64,000 nt of DNA from Narcine bancroftii. Its lineage: Eukaryota. Both the position numbers and the translations under genes were made by a program. The stretch spans positions 16,430,001 through 16,494,000 of the forward strand of contig NC_091482.1 of assembly GCF_036971445.1 (NCBI RefSeq), written 5' to 3'. Below, one piece after another: positions 13,684 through 26,454 of this stretch (position 1 is the first letter of the stretch; every line of letters starts with the position of its first letter). Below the pieces are notes generated by a model, which made no database searches, was not told the DNA's origin, and saw only the letters and a program-made list of their open reading frames with translations.

Positions 13684-13777
13684 CTTTAGCACTTGGGGCA
13701 AGTTATGTGTGCAATAAACAGTCATAACTTCTACCACTCCTGCACTAGCTTTGCTCACAGTTGGTGTTAGAAGGCAA
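13684..13777 (-). CDS. MRM1: MRM1 coding exon 2 (SCLLTPTVSKASAGVVEVMTVYCTHNLPQVLK)
   Basis: SKASAG SpoU motif; cttccag| and |gtaac; 94 nt. Confidence 0.94.
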
Positions 13778-14800
13778 CTGGAAGACAATGCAAGGTGAAT
13801 ATTAATGAACAGAAATCCTCGATTTCGCAGAGCATAATCCTCCACAAATAAACACAACTGCATTTCTCCATTTTCTGTTGCACCGTGTGACATTTAATTC
13901 ATACACAAAAATGATTTTAACAAACAATGTTATTGTCATGTCCAAAAAAAAAGTGTTCCTTTTAGAATAGGCACAGAAAAAGCAATGATCTTGAGATCAG
14001 TATTCTGCTTGTCATGAAGAATGATACTCTAGCTTCAGGATTGGAGCAGGTTTTGATATTGCTCTTGCTAGTTTCTATACCAGAGTTCAAAACTACAGCC
14101 TGAACATTAAACATCACATTCTATACAATCTATACAAAAAGTGTTTCAAAGCAAACAAATTACAAATTGGTATTTTTACACAAGATTTTCCAAAATGTTG
14201 CTGACGCAGTCAACTAAGGGATAGAATAGTCAAGACACAGAAAAGTGGAATATTTTCTTAACTGCCTGGCCTCACTTTATACAAGCCCAGTGCAATATGG
14301 AGCTTGGAACTACATCAAAGACTCAGATGAGAGCTATGGCTGAGTTTTTAAACTTTGTTAACTATTCTAGGATAAATTTGAATTTAAAATGCCTCACCCA
14401 GATTTTCAGGGCATACACTTCATTTATTCCATATACAGTATTGAGACCAATGCTGGCTATATTTACCATGAAAATCACAGTTACACAAGTGTCATAATAA
14501 AGGCTTCTCCTTCTCTGCATAAAAGGATGTTATTTTTCTGTCAATTAGTTGTCAGGAATTGATTTGTATGACATAGCAGTTGCAGATATCATGGTAATTA
14601 ACAACATATCTTGCATTTCAAAACACCTTTTAAAAACTGAAATCATATTTTGTTTTAGTAAACAGCCCCCTTCTCCATCTACGTCAATTACAAAATCAAG
14701 TTTTACATGCTGAAAAGGAACTAGGAACCATTTGATTGCTTATTCAAATGTGGGGTGAGAGAGAAAGCAGGCCTTCCAGCTTTATTAAACAGGGTTGGAG

Positions 14801-14813
14801 TGCCACCTGCTGG
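14801..14813 (-). promoter_or_regulatory. CTCF consensus motif
   Basis: TGCCACCTGCTGG = reverse complement of CCAGCAGGTGGCA; motif match only. Confidence 0.45.
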
Positions 14814-15208
14814 ATAATATTGGTGAGCCATCCACAGCATTTTAATGAGATGCTTGCAAAACATGTTAAATCTCAAAAAATATTTTCAAGTAAAAATTGT
14901 TAAAAATTTGTTAAAACCCCCTCCCCTGTTGATTCCTAGTTTTAAGTAAAAATGAGTTTCAAAATGCTACTTACGATTGGGGATTTCAAAATAAATTGAC
15001 ACAGTTGTTTGCAAATAAAAGAATCCATTTACAAGAGGAATATTTTGATGCCCCAACGTCAACAAGTGGTTAATCCTTCCTTGGACAAAGTAGGATCACA
15101 TACATTTAACAACAAATTTCATCCCTTTTACAAATTATGCTGAATAATCACATAACAGAATTAACCTTAAATTGGTTTACTTCAAAATACAACAGCCTTA
15201 ATAGTTAC

Positions 15209-16116
15209 CTGTTTGGCTGACTTACTAGAACAAGATCTGCTCCAAGGAAGTACGCTGAACGAAGTAAAGCTCCCAGATTCATGGGATCCTGGATTCCTTC
15301 CAATACCAGCCACAACACTGGTTTGTCATCGCCTTCATGTTCAGGAACATCAATAGCTGCTGAACAGCAATGGTCATAGTTCACATAAGCTAGTGGCGTC
15401 ACCTCGAGACAAATGCCTTGGTGAACTCGACCCTCACACAACCTGTCAAGCACCTTTCTCTTCACCTGATGCACAGGTACTCTGGTCTCTTCGGCTTGCT
15501 GATAGATTCCCTGCATTTCAGGTCTCTCTGTTCGATTCTCCTTAACAAACAGCTTGAAAATCTTTCTGCGCACTTGAGATAGGGCCAGGCTGCACGGCAC
15601 CACACCAAATAACATTTCTGAACCTGCTTCCCTTATAAAAGGCTGAGAAATCCTTGGCAATTTCCTTTTCATAAAATTGTCTCCAAGATTCTCAAGTTCC
15701 AAATTATGGAATTGACGAGGTTTTGGGTTTGTCCGTGCACTTGTAACTTTGGAAGTCTTTTGAGACTGCGGAGTAAAAATGGCATCATTTTGTCTTCCTG
15801 AAGTTTCAATGGACAGATCAATTCCTGGGCTCTTTGCCATTCTGTCTGCAGCAGGCTCTTGGATGCCCTCTGAGTACTCAGTTAATCTCTTTGCATTACC
15901 TTTAACATCCAGTTCTGATTTATTGAAGTCAGGTTTGTAACTCTTATTTGACTTTGATGCCTTCTCAGTTTTAACCGTGGAGTACAGTTTGAGTGATGCT
16001 CCGTCAGGGGACATTTTCTTTTTGTAACTACAATGACGAACAAAGCGTAATCTTGGAAACTGCCACAGACTCCTCCTCAGACACCTGGCAGTTTCGTTCA
16101 ACATAATAGATGACAT
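15209..16116 (-). CDS. MRM1: MRM1 coding exon 1, mitochondrial rRNA methyltransferase 1 (SpoU family)
   Basis: Arg-rich presequence, EMLFGVVPC, HQGICLEV, LVLEGIQDPMNLGALLRSAYFLG; exon starts at 16140 after ttttgacag, first ATG 16116, donor AG|gtaa; five exons total 1296 nt = 431 aa + stop. Confidence 0.95.
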
Positions 16117-16456
16117 TTTTGCCTGTTTTAAAAACTCCACCTGTCAAAAGCAAATTGTTTCTGTCAAACTACGATTTACGATTGTTCACTGAAGTAATAG
16201 TGACAGCCCAGTAAGTCAATGCACCAGTATATGTAGTACTAAACCATACGGCTCCGCTTTGATTTCTCTTATGTGCAGAGACAATTGATCTGAGACAGTA
16301 GATAGGATATGACAAACCAGCAGACCTGACAAACCTGAGCTGAGCAGAGTGACCTGCTTAAGTTGCTATACCTGATCAAGATTTAGCAATTTCTATTGTA
16401 CACTAAGCAAATGGTTGATAAGGATAAGATTTCACTTGAAGACTGTGCCCAAAACA

Positions 16457-17256
16457 ACCTTTGTGACATATGAAAAGTGAAATCTTTTCTGGGGGAGGCG
16501 GGGTGGGGGGAAATAGCGGTCACTGCAAAATCAGTTGACGCTTGCGAGTGGATTCGCAAATCCAAATGGAGAGGGGAGATGTGGTTGTCCGACAAGGGAT
16601 AAAGGACAACTCAGGAGGTGAAGGGGAGATTGGGGATAAATAAGATAGAAATAGGAGAATAAGGAAAATGTTAGATGTTGTAGGAATGTTGTCTTATAAA
16701 GAGTTGAAAATAAGAAAACAGAAATGGAAAAGGAGGAAAGGTAATGATGGAAAAACGGAAAGAGAAGATAAACAAAATATAAAAGGGCTACGCTGAACTA
16801 TATGTCTTTAAATATTAATGGAATACATAACCAAATTAAAAGGAAGAAACTACCAAATTTAAATGAATAAATGTATTCCATTAGAAAAAATAACATATTG
16901 GTTAAGAAATAATATTGAAATATTCAAACAAGTATAGGAGCCTTACATTAAATACAATAGCGAAAACCTACCGGGGACAAACATTACCTAAGTTGATGGA
17001 AGGAGAAGGAAAGAAAAGAATGGACTCAGTAGAATTTCGGGTGTAATTTTGTTGAATGACAACATTGTCTGACTGGCTTAATGCAACCTAGATTGTATAC
17101 CTAAAATGGATGAGGGGGGGGGTGGGGGGGTGGTTTGGGAGGAAAGGGGGGGGGGGGGAAGAAAAGGTCACTGTATATGTGTGAAAAGAAATAGTGTATA
17201 TCATGGCTAATGTGATTTATGGTGTGAAAAATAAAAAAATTTAAAAAAAAAAAAAA
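16457..17256 (+). mobile_element. Internally deleted non-autonomous L1-type element, young
   Basis: 18-bp perfect TSD aagactgtgcccaaaaca (16439-16456, 17257-17274); poly(A); endonuclease start ATLNYMSLNINGIHNQIKRKKL joined to ORF2 end MNKCIPLEKITY. Confidence 0.85.
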
Positions 17257-18774
17257 AAGACTGTGCCCAAAACAGGTGACTATATTTCAAATGTTATGTA
17301 ATGTAAAGCAGCAACCTGGTCCAAGGTTGCAGAGGGCAGTGGGAACCATGCTCAAGCAACAGTGAATATAACAATACAGAGGCAGAGATGGGCAGCATTC
17401 CAAATATTAAAGTCAATAGTAATAATATTCTAATTAAATGTCAAATCTTGGATCAAAAGCAGACGCTGCAAGTTGGGGACAAAATAGCCAGAGGGTCACA
17501 AGTCTGTGGAACATTGCCACAGGTGGCTGCGGAAGTGAATTCGATGGGTGTATTTAAGGCAGAGATTGACAAGTATTTGATTAGTCAGGTCACAAAGGAC
17601 TACGGTGAGAAAGCCGGAGTGAGCATGAATGGGAGGATAGATCAGTTCATGATAGAATCGAGGGGCTGATAGGTCTACTTCTGCTCCTATCTGTTGTGAA
17701 AAATTGAGTGGAATTACAATACAACACATCCTGGGTGATGGCCAAGATAAGAAGCAACAATGACCTTAAAGGGAGTCTGTCTGCTCCAGGGACCTCCAAC
17801 CCAACCTAGGTCATGATCCTTCTCAATTTCGTGTCCTCTCCACAAACACACGGGTTTCCTCCCACATACCAAGACACCTATTGGCTACCACAACTTGTCC
17901 TTTAGGTTTATAGAAAAAAAAGGAGAATTTAGAGGCATGAACAAGTTATAGGGGGTGCAAAGAAAGAAGGGAAATTGAACTAATTAATTGATACCCTGGG
18001 AGTTGGTATGGTTTCATGGGGTGAATGGCCTCTACTCAATTATAATAAGACAATCAAATTAAGATGCAAGCAACATTCATAGATGTGAGAAGCTTAGCAG
18101 CTTTAAATTGTCCTCAAGATTTGATATCAACCAGCATTGGACTAGAAACCTGACACAAGAAGAAAGGTGGGCATGAAATAGGAGATAACTCATTCCAGGG
18201 TCTTGACATGGAAAGCTAAAGGGGAGGAGAGGCTACTGCTGGTTTCTTAGTTCAAAGGGCCTTTTATCTGTATAGTACAGCCAAGTATTCATTTGATCTA
18301 CAGAGTCTGTTGACCACAAAGTGCTCAATTTCATTCTTTCTAATGGTATTTAATTGCTTCCTTAACTCATCCCAAATTTGTGGTACCTGAAGTTATTGAT
18401 TTGACCAGGAAATTGTCTGAGGAGCAGGCGAAAATGAAGAAGGATAATGGGAAAGTACTCAAATTGGAAGGCTGTGATTGATGTGCAAGGGTAAATCTGC
18501 AAAGGTATAAAGTTAATATCCCCACTTGAACCTGAGCAAGCTATCAGACAATCCACACGCAACACGATCATTGCCATTCAGAATCATTTCACATATCCTG
18601 TTAATACAGTATTGCAAGGTTCTGTGTGGTTCTATATAAATGCCACCTGAGCATTCTTCAGTATTTACAAAGTGTTATCCAGGACTGAGGACTGTAATTT
18701 TTCACTTTGAGTCCTGCCAAAGTCTAGCATGAGGTCCTGTAAAAATCTGTGATGAGGTAACAACCATTTACTCC

Positions 18775-19129
18775 CAGTGGTTTTCAAACTGCCCCCTAAA
18801 CTCATATTCCACCTTAAGCAATCCCTATGCCATAAGTGCTGTGATTAGTAAGGGATTGCTTAAGGGGGTGTGTGAGTGGGAAGGTTAAGAACCAATGCTC
18901 TAGACCCAATCATTACTGAAATATTTTGCTTGAGAAAAATTGTCATTGGCCCATTTTCTTTGGAGTTATGAAACGGTGCACATAACGAGTCAATTAGGTA
19001 CGATTAAAACAGTGGTTTTCAAAATTTTTCTTTCTACTCACAGTAATCCATTACTAATCACAGAGCACTTATGGCATAATGATTGCTAAAGGTGGAATGT
19101 GAGTTTAGGGGGCAGTTTGAAAACCACTG
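18775..19129. mobile_element. hAT-type MITE with long TIRs
   Basis: CAGTGGTTTTCAAACTGCCCCCTAAACTCA ... TGAGTTTAGGGGGCAGTTTGAAAACCACTG; flanks both contain atttact. Confidence 0.85.
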
Positions 19130-20009
19130 ATTTACTATTTTGGTGGTAGGACAGAAAGCTATGCATCCAATTATGCAGCAGTAGAAGTAGACCAACATAT
19201 TTACTCAAAATATTGGTTGGTTGAACAAATGAGAAAATTATGTCATGGATTTCAGGGTAGAGGTTAATTGGGGTATTTGGGCCAGAAAGACCTGTCACTG
19301 TGCTGCATGTCTAAAATTTTTTAATTAAAAATTTGATTGAGGTTTTCATAAAAAGGGGAGATGAAAATATACACAAAGAGTATGCATGTCCCACACTTGG
19401 AGGTATATTCTAAAAATTGAAATCAGGCCTTTTGGCAATCAAAAGGCACTTTGTAAATACTGAAGAATGCTCAGGTGGCATTTATATAGAACCACACAGA
19501 ACCTTGCAATACTGTATTAACAGGATATGTGAAATCATTCTGAAAGGCACGGGAGACATTATAAATCTCCTCCTTCAGTGATAATTATAAATCTTAAATC
19601 TAACAGAGGAGCAAAATAACTGCACAAGATTTAAATTCAAAAATAAAAAATAGGTTGTTGGAAATGCTCAGATCAGGAAAAAATGCTGGAGAGAAACAAA
19701 GTTAACATCTCAGGCCAAAGACCTTGCAAAGGTTTGAGTTGATGCTTCTCCGCAGTTTCAATTTTGATCAATCTGTTAGCTGACCATTTCAAGGAATTTG
19801 AAAAGACGACATAGAGTTGCATCACTCTCGAGGCAAATTAAATTGGCCAGATTGTTGGTCAAGGATATAGGGTCAAGAAACAGTATTAGAGCATCCAGAA
19901 GCCTGACGGCTGCAGGGAAGAAACATTTTAGGCCTGTTGGTGTGAGCTTTCACACCTTGAACTTTTCCCCTAATAGGTGGGAGGGAGGTGAGTTTGTCCA
20001 GGGTGATAG

Positions 20010-20570
20010 GAATGCAGGGCTTTATTAGTCAGGGGATTGAGTATAAGAGTTGAGAGGTCATGTTGCAACTAGACAAATCTCTGGTGAGATCACACTTAGA
20101 ATATTGTATTCAGTTCCAGTCACCTCATTAAAGGAAGGATGTGGAAACTATGGAGAGGATGTAGAAATTTACCATGAGGCTGCATGGACTGGAAAATAAG
20201 TCTTATGAGGGAAGGTTAGGTCTTTTATCTTTGGAATGAAGTGGGATGAGAGGTGAATCAATTGAGGTCTACAAGATTTTGAGGTATAAATAAGGTAGAC
20301 AAGCCAGCATCTTCCAAGGGAAGGAGTAGCAAACATCAGAGGACATCTGTACAAAGTGAATGAAGGAAAGTTTAGGGGAGACATCAGGGGTAAGATTTTC
20401 TTTTTTTTTTTAAAAAAAAATGTGGGTGCCTGGAATGCACTGCTATGGGTGGTTGTGGAGGCTGATACATTAGGGGCATTTAAGAGACTCTTAGAGAGCC
20501 ACATGGAAAAGAGAAAATTAAAGGGTTGAGGTAGGAAGGGTTTTTGGTCGGAATATATAGGTTGGCACAC
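20010..20570 (+). mobile_element. CR1 LINE 3' fragment
   Basis: Degenerate RT C-terminal coding (LVRSHLEYCIQF) and typical 3' region; continues after the 20574 MITE. Confidence 0.75.
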
Positions 20571-20573
20571 ATT

Positions 20574-20949
20574 AGCCACTTTCAGGTGGAATAGCTGAGA
20601 ATGCGGCTCCAGAGCCGGCGGCAGGTGTGCGAAGAGACATTCTGGTGGCAACGCTGAAAGTGCTGTTCCGGCACCTGAAGGGTCCGCAGCGGGAGCAAAT
20701 GCTGGGTCCTGTCGACTTTCAGGTGCCATGGGGGAAGGGGAGAAGAAGAAGAAATAAAGAAGAAAAAAAAATTGCTTGGAAGCAGAGAATACACCTACCC
20801 GAGGAGGGTTGGGCAAGTTCTCCTCGGGTCAGGGTTCTATGCTTTCAGGTGGCCTCCCAACAGCCACATTCGGGTAATCCGGGCGGCTTTCCGTTGGGGT
20901 ATTCTGGACGGCTTTCCGTTGGGGAATTCCGGGCCACCTGAAAGCGGCT
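20574..20949. mobile_element. PIF/Harbinger-type MITE
   Basis: TIRs AGCCACTTTCAGGTGG ... CCACCTGAAAGCGGCT; 3-bp TSD ATT; internal TTTCAGGTG repeats. Confidence 0.8.
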
Positions 20950-21486
20950 ATTAAGTGCAGAAGGGCCTGTACTGTGCTGTAATGTTGTATATTCTGCAAC
21001 ACACCAAAACCTTTTCATAAAGGACCATGGAAACTTGGCATGTCCCCTTGTCCCTCAACAACATTTACAGGTGCACCTTTGATGGCACACTTGGTAGTTG
21101 CATCACGGTTGGAGCTGCTCTCCTCAACAGCAGGAATGTAGCTCAGAACACCACACAAACCCCCTCCATACCCAACAAACAGCACACCCTGGACAGTCTC
21201 ACCTCCCTGCCACCTGTTAGGGGAAACAACTGGAGAGTGTGGAAGCTCTCACCCCCCCCCCCCCCCCCCACCCACCAGGTTCCTTAAACTGTGCTCCCAT
21301 GTGTCACCCTTCTCACTGCACTGGGGGCGTCGAACCCCAGACCCGCGCCGGCGGGGCTGAGCCGAAGAGGAAGGGAGAGGCGTTCCGCAGGAGGGCCTCC
21401 TGGACCCGGTGGGCGCTCTCGGCCCACCCAGCGGAGGCTTGAACTCGCAATGAAAGCCTCTGGGAGACCCGAGCGGCCATACTCAC

Positions 21487-21600
21487 GGAGGACGAGGCCC
21501 GACCCGGCCCGGCCACATGGCAGCTCGCGCACCCGCCGGAAGCGGAAGTCGGCGCCCTCCCGCGCACAAGCCCCGCCCCCGACGTGGCCCATTGGGCCTT
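21487..21600 (-). promoter_or_regulatory. MRM1: Probable MRM1 promoter and non-coding first exon in a CpG island (~21320-21620)
   Basis: Tandem ETS sites CCGGAAGCGGAAGT 21537-21549, GC box 21571-21579, CCAAT (-) 21591-21595, minus-strand donor CC|GTGAGTAT at 21486. Confidence 0.7.
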
Positions 21601-24600
21601 GGTGGATGGAGGCGAGGTCGTGTTTGAAATGCCATTTTTGTTCAAAGTGCCTCTTGCCCTCGAAATAGAGTTTAAGTGCAATATTTTATACAGTAGGAAT
21701 ATGGATAGAACAGTTCACATGGTGCCCATCTATATAAACCACAACAATCTGACCCTCTTCTTACATCCATGGGCCTTGGAGCCTTTTAATCATCTACCAT
21801 TGAATTAAAAACTCACTATCTCTCTCCTGAACTTTTCTTTTGATGTCACTTGCATGCTAACAATTTAACAAACATTGGAGACTGAAATTCGATGGCTTAA
21901 ACATTTCAAACCAACTAAGCATTTTAAGATTGCAAGAATTGACCTAATTGCCCAATTCTTCTTAAAATGTGTCCAAACCACCGAGGTATACATTTTTGTT
22001 TCCGTCTTGTAAATGTCAAATTGCTTCAGAAGTTATCAGTAAAGTTAAGAGATATAAAGTGAAATGAGTGAGTGAACTGCAGGTTCAAGGATGCTACAAA
22101 TGTTATTGCAAGATTTTTTTTTGCAGGTTCACAAGATACCACCCTCCAAGGATTTCCACTCAGCTCTTGATCACCTTGACAACTGCCACACATGCATAAG
22201 CTGTAATTGATGAAAATTAGCCTTAGCTTTCAACACCACCATACTCTCAGTGCTAGTCAACAAGCTTCAAAACCTAGGCTTTTACATGGTTTGCTCATTA
22301 GAAGACCAGTCAGTACGAATCAGAAACTGCTCTTCATGCACAAATGCACTTTCATGCTTAGCCCATTGCTCGACACTCTAAACCCATAACTGTGTGGATG
22401 GGCACAATTCAAATGCCATAAAACCATTTGTCAATGATACCATGGTCATCCACAGAATCACATGGGGATAGATCAGCTTGTTAAGTGGTGCCACAACCAT
22501 GGAAAGGATTAACTTCAGATTTCATTGGGTCATCATCTCTAAAAAATCTGTTCTGGGGCCTCTATATTGAAGGCTCACCAGTGGATATATTTCAATAGGA
22601 GTTTCAGATTTGGTATGTCACTAAAGACTTGCAAATTTCTACAAGTTTACTGAGAAAGCCATCTGACTCAGCCAGTGGCCATCAATCTTCACACCATCAA
22701 GGTAGTGTCTTAAGAAAGCTGCCTCTATCCTCAGCACCCAAGCCATGGCCACTTCCTGCTAGTCTCAGCAGGGAAGAGGTGCAGGGATACCTTTTATAAC
22801 AGTTAATATGTTCAAAAGAGTTCAGTGATATGAAAAACTGCAGTTCACAGCATTTTTACTCAGTACTTCCAATTCTATAATTCTGTTCCTTATTTTCCAT
22901 TGCATAACTCTCACTTTAGTCATACAAGATGCTGTTGCCATTCCATGATCTTTAATTTTATCTTTATTCTTGATTAGAGTTCTAACAGACAATTCATTCA
23001 TGTTTGTCTCATGCTATTTTAGTAAATGATGCACCATCTTCATGTTACTTAATACTTTGCAGTTTCTTTACTGATGTTAGCCATTTACTGCACACATCAC
23101 CTTCACCACAATTTCCTTTTTCCAATCATATTGTTTGTAAGGGTGCACTTTTATACAGCATATTACAGAGCAGCCACGGCCTTCCCACGAAAGAACGAAA
23201 AAACAAGCAATAATAAAGTTGAATAACACGCAACCGAGCATTGTTGCTGGCATATTAAATTATTGCGCCACTGTTGGTAATCCAATATTAATAAAATTTA
23301 ACATTTTTTTATTACAATATTAAAATTATAAACTGCACTATCAAAACCTGCACTGTTCAAAAGGCTATCCGTTCAGGAGCCTGAAGACAAACACCCAGCA
23401 GCATAGAAGCTTCTTCCCCTCAGCCATCAGATTTAATTTATAGCAATGTTTGCACCGATCATGTTCATGACAATAAGTTCTGATTCAGAATCATTTTGGT
23501 AATGCCACAGATCTGTACTGGGACCTCAGCAATAAGAGGTGAAGATACATTAATAATAAAACACTAGTCTGCTGACACCATCACGGAAGTAAAAAGTTTA
23601 AAAAATGGCACTCAGCAGCTGGATGGCACTAACATCAACTTCTCCAGTTTGTGCTAGCCCATTCTCCCGCTTCCCCAACTGTCCTCTTCCATCCAACTCT
23701 CCACCTCTTCCCTCTACATGAGGCAGTGTCTTAACAGCCTCTAACCTCAAAGACCACCACCACCACCCAGGCCACATCCTCCCTCAATAATCAATGAACC
23801 AGACAACTGCCTTGCTTTCTGATTCAAGGTTATGTTTATGAAGCTGCCACACATTTTATGACAATTCTGAATCACTGTGAATTCTGAATCCACCTCCCTT
23901 GGTTTGCTGGTGTGCCCTCCCTCCCTTACTCACCCATTACCTCCTACCTGTACTCCTCCACCATTTTGTTTGGACCCCTGCCTACATACCTTGAAGAGCT
24001 CATACCTTGAAGAGCTCAAGCCCAAAAGATTGGTTATTTATTTTTAATGTTTGCAATATAAAGTATGCTGAGTTTTTGCAATTGGTTTTAATAGATGAAA
24101 AACCTGAGGGTCTTTCATTAACTAATTACTAGTTTTCCGATTACAGGGAGGCAAGTTGTATTCTTTGCCCATTTTCTTGATCTACGTTCCTTTGTGAACA
24201 GTACAAAACTGAAAAGAGAGCAGCAGTAACACAAATAGAAGTATCCTCAGCTCCTTTGAATTAGGAGCAAGTAGGTTGTCAGGCCACTGTGCATCGACTT
24301 TGGCCCAATGCCCATCAGGACTGGAGTTTGAATTCCCATGCTGTCTGTAAGGAGTTTGCATGTTCTCCCTGTGTATGTGTGGGTTTTCCCTGGGGGCTTG
24401 TTTCCACCCACCGTTCGAAACATCTTTAATTCTAAAGAAGGGCCTCAGACCAGACTGTTGGCTGCCCTTTACTTTCCAAATGCTGCATCACCTGCTAGCT
24501 TCTCTAACACATTTGTGAACCGCCCTCAAAGCCAACAATACCAGGCTTTGTTTCAACTCTAAACGACAAGTTGTCTTACAAAACGACAAGTTGTCTTACA

Positions 24601-25361
24601 GGGAAAGGTCTGGCAGTCTATACTGGTTACCTGCTACAGTTTAGAAGTGTGGAACATCAAACACAATCATCAAGGATATGTGCAGGAGGCTATGGTTTCC
24701 AGGGACCATCTAGAATAAAGGTGGGGGGGGGGGGGGAATTCCAATCAGATTATGTCATAATTATACTTAATGATTGGCCTGAGTCCTTTGTTCATTCATC
24801 TATATCAAGCACTTGTTTCTACATTAAAAAATGTCAATGCTAATAATCTCAGAATTAGAAAAACAAAATGAAGTGACCCAAGATCATAAGTAATAGCATG
24901 GTAAATGTTACAATTCAACAAGCAGAATTTTTTTTATGCTTAGGACCAAGTGAAAATGGCTATGTGCTTGGACTACAACAGCAGCTCCTTAAACCCATGG
25001 TCAAGGATAAGGTGACAGATGCCTGGGAATACCCACATGCTGTCCAAGTCACACATCTTTGTATTACATTACTATTCCTCTATCAATGCTTGGGTTAAAT
25101 CATGAAACTACCTACCTAATAGCACTCTGGAAGTACCTCCACCAAGTCTGCCAACATATTTGAAGTCTGACATCACCAACACCTTTGCAGAAAAACAATT
25201 AGGGATGGATAATAAGCAGAAACCTCTTGCAACAGTAACATACAAAGTCAAAAACATGATGGGATAAAATGTATTTAGATGACCAATGGAAAGAGTCCAG
25301 GGTCAATTGTACAGGCCTTTAGTTTATAGAAATAACTGTTGTTTAATTTTAAATAGGTACA

Positions 25362-25410
25362 TTACCCCTCCATAAATCTTCGTTCGCGAAGCCAAGCCAA
25401 AGAAAAAAAA
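25362..25410 (+). mobile_element. Very short RTE LINE 3' end
   Basis: ccctccataaatcttcg...gcgaagccaagccaaaga(A)n matches the tail of the 48-kb RTE; flanked by aggtac repeats. Confidence 0.65.
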
Positions 25411-26404
25411 GGTACTAATGAACACAGAAAATGGCCAAATAACAAATACATGTGGTGCTGGATGGATGCATGCATTTGCCAGGTAGCACTTTAGAAAACT
25501 ACACAAGGCTTCTGTAGAGACAAAGGGCAGCAGGGTGAAAGCACTGCTCTACATTGTGAGGAGTTTGAGATTTGGTACGGCACGAAAGACTGTTGGTCTC
25601 CAGGTGTACCATAAAGCATTGTCTGATTGCATCACTGTCTGGTATGGAGATGCCAATGCACAAGACAGGAAAAAAACATTAACTTGGCCAGCAATATCAA
25701 AGGCACCAGTCTTCATTCCATCAAGGACCTCTATAAGTGTCTTAAGAAAGTAACATCCATCCTCAAGTTATGCCCTCTTCACTCTTCTCCCATTGGGGGG
25801 GGGAAAAGGTACAGACCTGAAAATGAGCACCCAGTAGCACAAGGACAGCATCTTCCCCTCTGCCACCAAATTTCTTAATTGACAATGAACTACAGACATT
25901 CCTTACTTTCTCAGATTTTCTTGCACTATTTTTGAAATGTAATTTGTAGCTATGTTTGCACTGTAATACAGCTGCAAAAAATAAATTTCAGGACAACAAA
26001 TTCTAATTCAGATTCTATTAGAGCAACAGCCATCAGGGTTCTGATCTGATACTGTTTGCAAGTTTATATCTTCTTCTCTTGTCCTTCTGAGTTTCCTCCA
26101 GGAGCTCTGGTTTCATCCCCTCCTTTAAACACCTACAGGGTTTGTAGGTTCATTGGTACATTTTGGCAGCACAGCCAGAAGGGCTGTTACTGTACTGTTT
26201 CCCCAAATTTAATTTTATTTCAAAATAGTAGATATAATACACAAGGTTGAAAGGTAAACTTGGTTCAAACATGTACACACAGAAGCTAAATCACTTTCGT
26301 TCATGCACCTGCGTGAAATCTTTTGAGCATTTAGCAAGACTGTTCCAAAAGAAAACCCAGATATTGTTGATAATCAAAAAGCAGGTTTTGTCTTTTCTTT
26401 AAAT

Positions 26405-26418
26405 TTTATTGTTTTATT
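26405..26418 (-). promoter_or_regulatory. RPL23A: RPL23A tandem polyadenylation signals
   Basis: Two AATAAA on - strand (26405-26410, 26413-26418) just after the stop. Confidence 0.8.
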
Positions 26419-26439
26419 TATACAGTTCTTGGACACAGT

Positions 26440-26454
26440 TTAGATGATGCCAAT
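26440..26454 (-). CDS. RPL23A: RPL23A exon 5 (IGII*)
   Basis: ttgcag|ATT GGC ATC ATC TAA. Confidence 0.95.
   Translation of the reverse strand: MGII

Noticed and set aside
16117-16140. ORF-track start of MRM1 at 16140
   Set aside because: It is a GTG at the splice acceptor; the first ATG is 16116
20169-20816. 215-aa minus-strand ORF
   Set aside because: Antisense of CR1 plus MITE sequence
21239-21681. Overlapping GC-rich ORFs at the MRM1 promoter
   Set aside because: Stop-poor CpG island; no recognisable protein
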